Source: an uncultured delta proteobacterium
GTDB lineage: Bacteria; Desulfobacterota; WTBG01
Assembly (NCBI GenBank): GCA_963793865.1
Contig: CAWCBP010000004.1
Location: forward strand, 256,001-320,000
Reading direction: 5' to 3'
Length of the DNA: 64,000 bases
A program made the position numbers and the translations under genes. Numbering within the stretch: the stretch's first letter is position 1; the number at the start of each line of letters is the position of its first letter. Shown here piece after piece: positions 61,732-64,000 of this stretch. The notes under the pieces were generated by a model. That model made no database searches, had not been told where the DNA came from, and worked only from the letters and a program-made list of their open reading frames with translations.

Positions 61732-63519
61732 CTACTCAATGGCATTGAACTTACAGGCCATGATGCAGTTCTTGCACTTGACGCACTTCTCCCGGTCAAT
61801 TGCGGCCACCTGCTTCTTTTCCCAGGTGATCGCCCCGGCGGGACAGGCCTTGAAGCACTGGCCGCACCGCTTGCAGAGCTCCGGATTCACCGCAAACTTG
61901 ATCAAGGAAATGCAGGAGTGCGCGGGGCAGCGCTTTTCCTTTACGTGGGCCTCATATTCGTCGCGGAAATAGCGCAGGGTGGTGAGCACCGGGTTGGGCG
62001 CGGTATTGCCCAGGCCGCAGAGGGCCGTGCTCTTGATGGTTTGGGCCAGATCCTTAAGCGTCTCCAGGTCTTCTTCCTTGCCCTCGCCGGCGGTGATCCT
62101 GGTCAGGATATCAAGCATCATCTTGGTCCCCACCCGGCAGGGAATGCACTTGCCGCAGGACTCCTCCTGGGTGAACCCCAGAAAGAATTTCGCGATATCA
62201 ACCATGCAGGTGGTTTCATCCATCACCACCATGCCGCCGGACCCCATGATGGCACCGGTCTGACTGATCGACTCATAGTCCACCGGGGTGTCAACCAGCG
62301 ACTCGGGAATGCACCCGCCCGACGGGCCGCCCATCTGCACCGCCTTGAACTTGCGCTTGCCCTTGATGCCGCCGCCGATATCGTAGATGATGGAGCGCAG
62401 GCTGGTGCCCATGGGCACTTCAACCAGGCCGATGTTGTTGACCGCGCCGGTCACGGCAAAGACCTTGGTGCCCTTGCTCTTTTCCGTTCCCAGCTCGCTG
62501 TACCAGCTGCCGCCGTGCAGGATGATGGGCGGAACATTGGCGTAGGTCTCCACGTTGTTTAAAATGGTCGGCTTTCTCCACAGTCCCTTGTACGCGGGGA
62601 ACGGAGGCCGCGGCCGCGGCATGCCCCGCTTTCCCTCAATGGAGGTCATCAGGGCCGTTTCCTCGCCGCAGACAAACGCCCCGGCTCCCTGGTAAATGTC
62701 AATGTCAAAATCGAAGTCCGAGTTAAGAATGTTCTTTCCCAGCAGGCCGTAGTCCCGCGACTGCCGGATGGCCACCTTGAGCCGGGAAACGGCGAGCGGA
62801 TATTCCGCGCGCACGTAAATGTAGCCCTGATGGGCGCCGATGGCCTTGGCCGCGATGGTCATCCCCTCCAGAACCGAATGCGGGTCCGCCTCCAGGATGC
62901 TGCGGTCCATGAACGCGCCGGGGTCACCCTCGTCCCCATTGCACAAAACATACTTCACCTCGCCCCTGGCCTTGGCGCAGAACTCCCACTTCAGCCCGGT
63001 GGGGAACCCCGCGCCGCCGCGGCCCCGAAGCCCGGAAATCTTGACCTCCTCGATGATGCCCTCGGGCGTCAGCTCGGTGAGCGCCTTTCCCAGGGCCTGG
63101 TATCCGTCACGTCCGATGTACTCTTCAATCTTTTCAGCATCGATGATGCCGCGGTTCCGTAATGCCCGGAGCACCTGCAGCCCGAAGAAGGAGATGTCCT
63201 GCATGCGGGGCACCGTCGCCTTCTTTTCCTCCTCCCGGTACATGAGCTTCTCGACCGGCCTTCCCTTGAGAAAATGCTCCGACACCAGCAGGGGGATGTC
63301 CTCCCGGGTGAGCCTTTGATAAAAGATCCCCTCGGGGTAGACCACCATGACCGGGCCGACGGCGCAGAAGCCGTTGCATCCGGTGATGACCACCTGCACC
63401 TCTTCCTCCAGTCCGCACTTCTTGAGCTCTTCTTGAAGCGCCGTTCGCACTTGTAGCGACTTGTTGGACACACAGCCGGTTCCGGCGCAAATCAACGCAT
63501 GTGAGCGAAAAGTTTTCAT
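61732..63519 (-). CDS. nuoF: NuoF/HydB-type flavoprotein with N-terminal [2Fe-2S] and C-terminal 2[4Fe-4S] domains
   Basis: GLRGRGGAGFPTG, DEGDPGAFMDR, GAFVCGEETAL, ESCGKCIPCR, two CxxCxxCxxxC. Confidence 0.92.
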   Translation of the reverse strand: MKTFRSHALICAGTGCVSNKSLQVRTALQEELKKCGLEEEVQVVITGCNGFCAVGPVMVVYPEGIFYQRLTREDIPLLVSEHFLKGRPVEKLMYREEEKKATVPRMQDISFFGLQVLRALRNRGIIDAEKIEEYIGRDGYQALGKALTELTPEGIIEEVKISGLRGRGGAGFPTGLKWEFCAKARGEVKYVLCNGDEGDPGAFMDRSILEADPHSVLEGMTIAAKAIGAHQGYIYVRAEYPLAVSRLKVAIRQSRDYGLLGKNILNSDFDFDIDIYQGAGAFVCGEETALMTSIEGKRGMPRPRPPFPAYKGLWRKPTILNNVETYANVPPIILHGGSWYSELGTEKSKGTKVFAVTGAVNNIGLVEVPMGTSLRSIIYDIGGGIKGKRKFKAVQMGGPSGGCIPESLVDTPVDYESISQTGAIMGSGGMVVMDETTCMVDIAKFFLGFTQEESCGKCIPCRVGTKMMLDILTRITAGEGKEEDLETLKDLAQTIKSTALCGLGNTAPNPVLTTLRYFRDEYEAHVKEKRCPAHSCISLIKFAVNPELCKRCGQCFKACPAGAITWEKKQVAAIDREKCVKCKNCIMACKFNAIE

Positions 63520-63540
63520 CTGCCCGTTCCTTCCTGCAGC

Positions 63541-63924
63541 TTAATAGGTCGTTTCACTGCCCACCGCCAGGGCATATTTTTCCACTATCCTGCCGCCGAT
63601 AACGTGTTCCACCAGGATCTCCCTGGTCTTCCCGTCATCCAGATCCACGTACTTGACCGGCGCTTCGCCGAGAAGCTCAACCGTGGCCATGGGCTCGCGG
63701 CTGCACAGCCCCGCGCATCCGGAGGTGGTAACGATGACATCCGTGATCTGCCGCTTGGCAATCTCATCCATAAACGCGCTCATGACCGCCCGCGCCCCGG
63801 ACGCGATTCCGCAGGTCCCCATGTGGACGGTTATCTTGGCGCGCTGGCCGCCTTCCCGGAGGGTGGTGGCGGCTTTTGATTCCTCCTTTATCCGTTTCAA
63901 GTCATCGAGCGTCAGTTTCGGCAT
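63541..63924 (-). CDS. Thioredoxin-like (2Fe-2S) ferredoxin domain protein, HndB-like
   Basis: VHMGTCGIASGA, SGCAGLCSREP, EHVIGG. Confidence 0.88.
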   Translation of the reverse strand: MPKLTLDDLKRIKEESKAATTLREGGQRAKITVHMGTCGIASGARAVMSAFMDEIAKRQITDVIVTTSGCAGLCSREPMATVELLGEAPVKYVDLDDGKTREILVEHVIGGRIVEKYALAVGSETTY

Positions 63925-64000
63925 AGCTTATACCTCCTGCGAGCAGCGCTTCCTGCAGGCTGTTGAAAAACGCCCATCTGCTGCGTTACACTCATCCTTC

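Overview
Bacterial window, most likely from an anaerobic Desulfobacterota/deltaproteobacterial-type genome (inferred from gene content and repeat families). Many genes carry small indels, including uvrB and cysS, so most frameshifts are probably read errors. The left ~42 kb is accessory and dominated by exported proteins. It includes a cluster (~6.2-22.5 kb) with two intact and one altered c-di-GMP-I (GEMM) riboswitch leaders. These precede Cys-rich modular secreted proteins, four of which share a dockerin-like 'CEGNFxxDxDVDGxDAFxFKxDFGRS' tag, plus trimeric fibre-like proteins and zinc proteases. The region also holds CLec-fold DUF1566/FISUMP proteins, an exported ferrochelatase-like protein, a small multiheme cytochrome, an ABC exporter, a PAS kinase and several REP/MITE families. 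The right ~21 kb is core, all on the minus strand: tRNA-Leu(CAA), a disrupted four-helix-bundle gene among 7-nt periodic repeats, uvrB, cysS-ispF-ispD-PIN/TRAM-carD, and a nuoF-N operon with a HydB-like NuoF and an HndB-like ferredoxin. The best candidate for an undescribed system is the riboswitch-controlled, dockerin-like-tagged extracellular fibre/adhesin/protease toolkit. All family assignments come from motif recognition by eye; no database searches were run.
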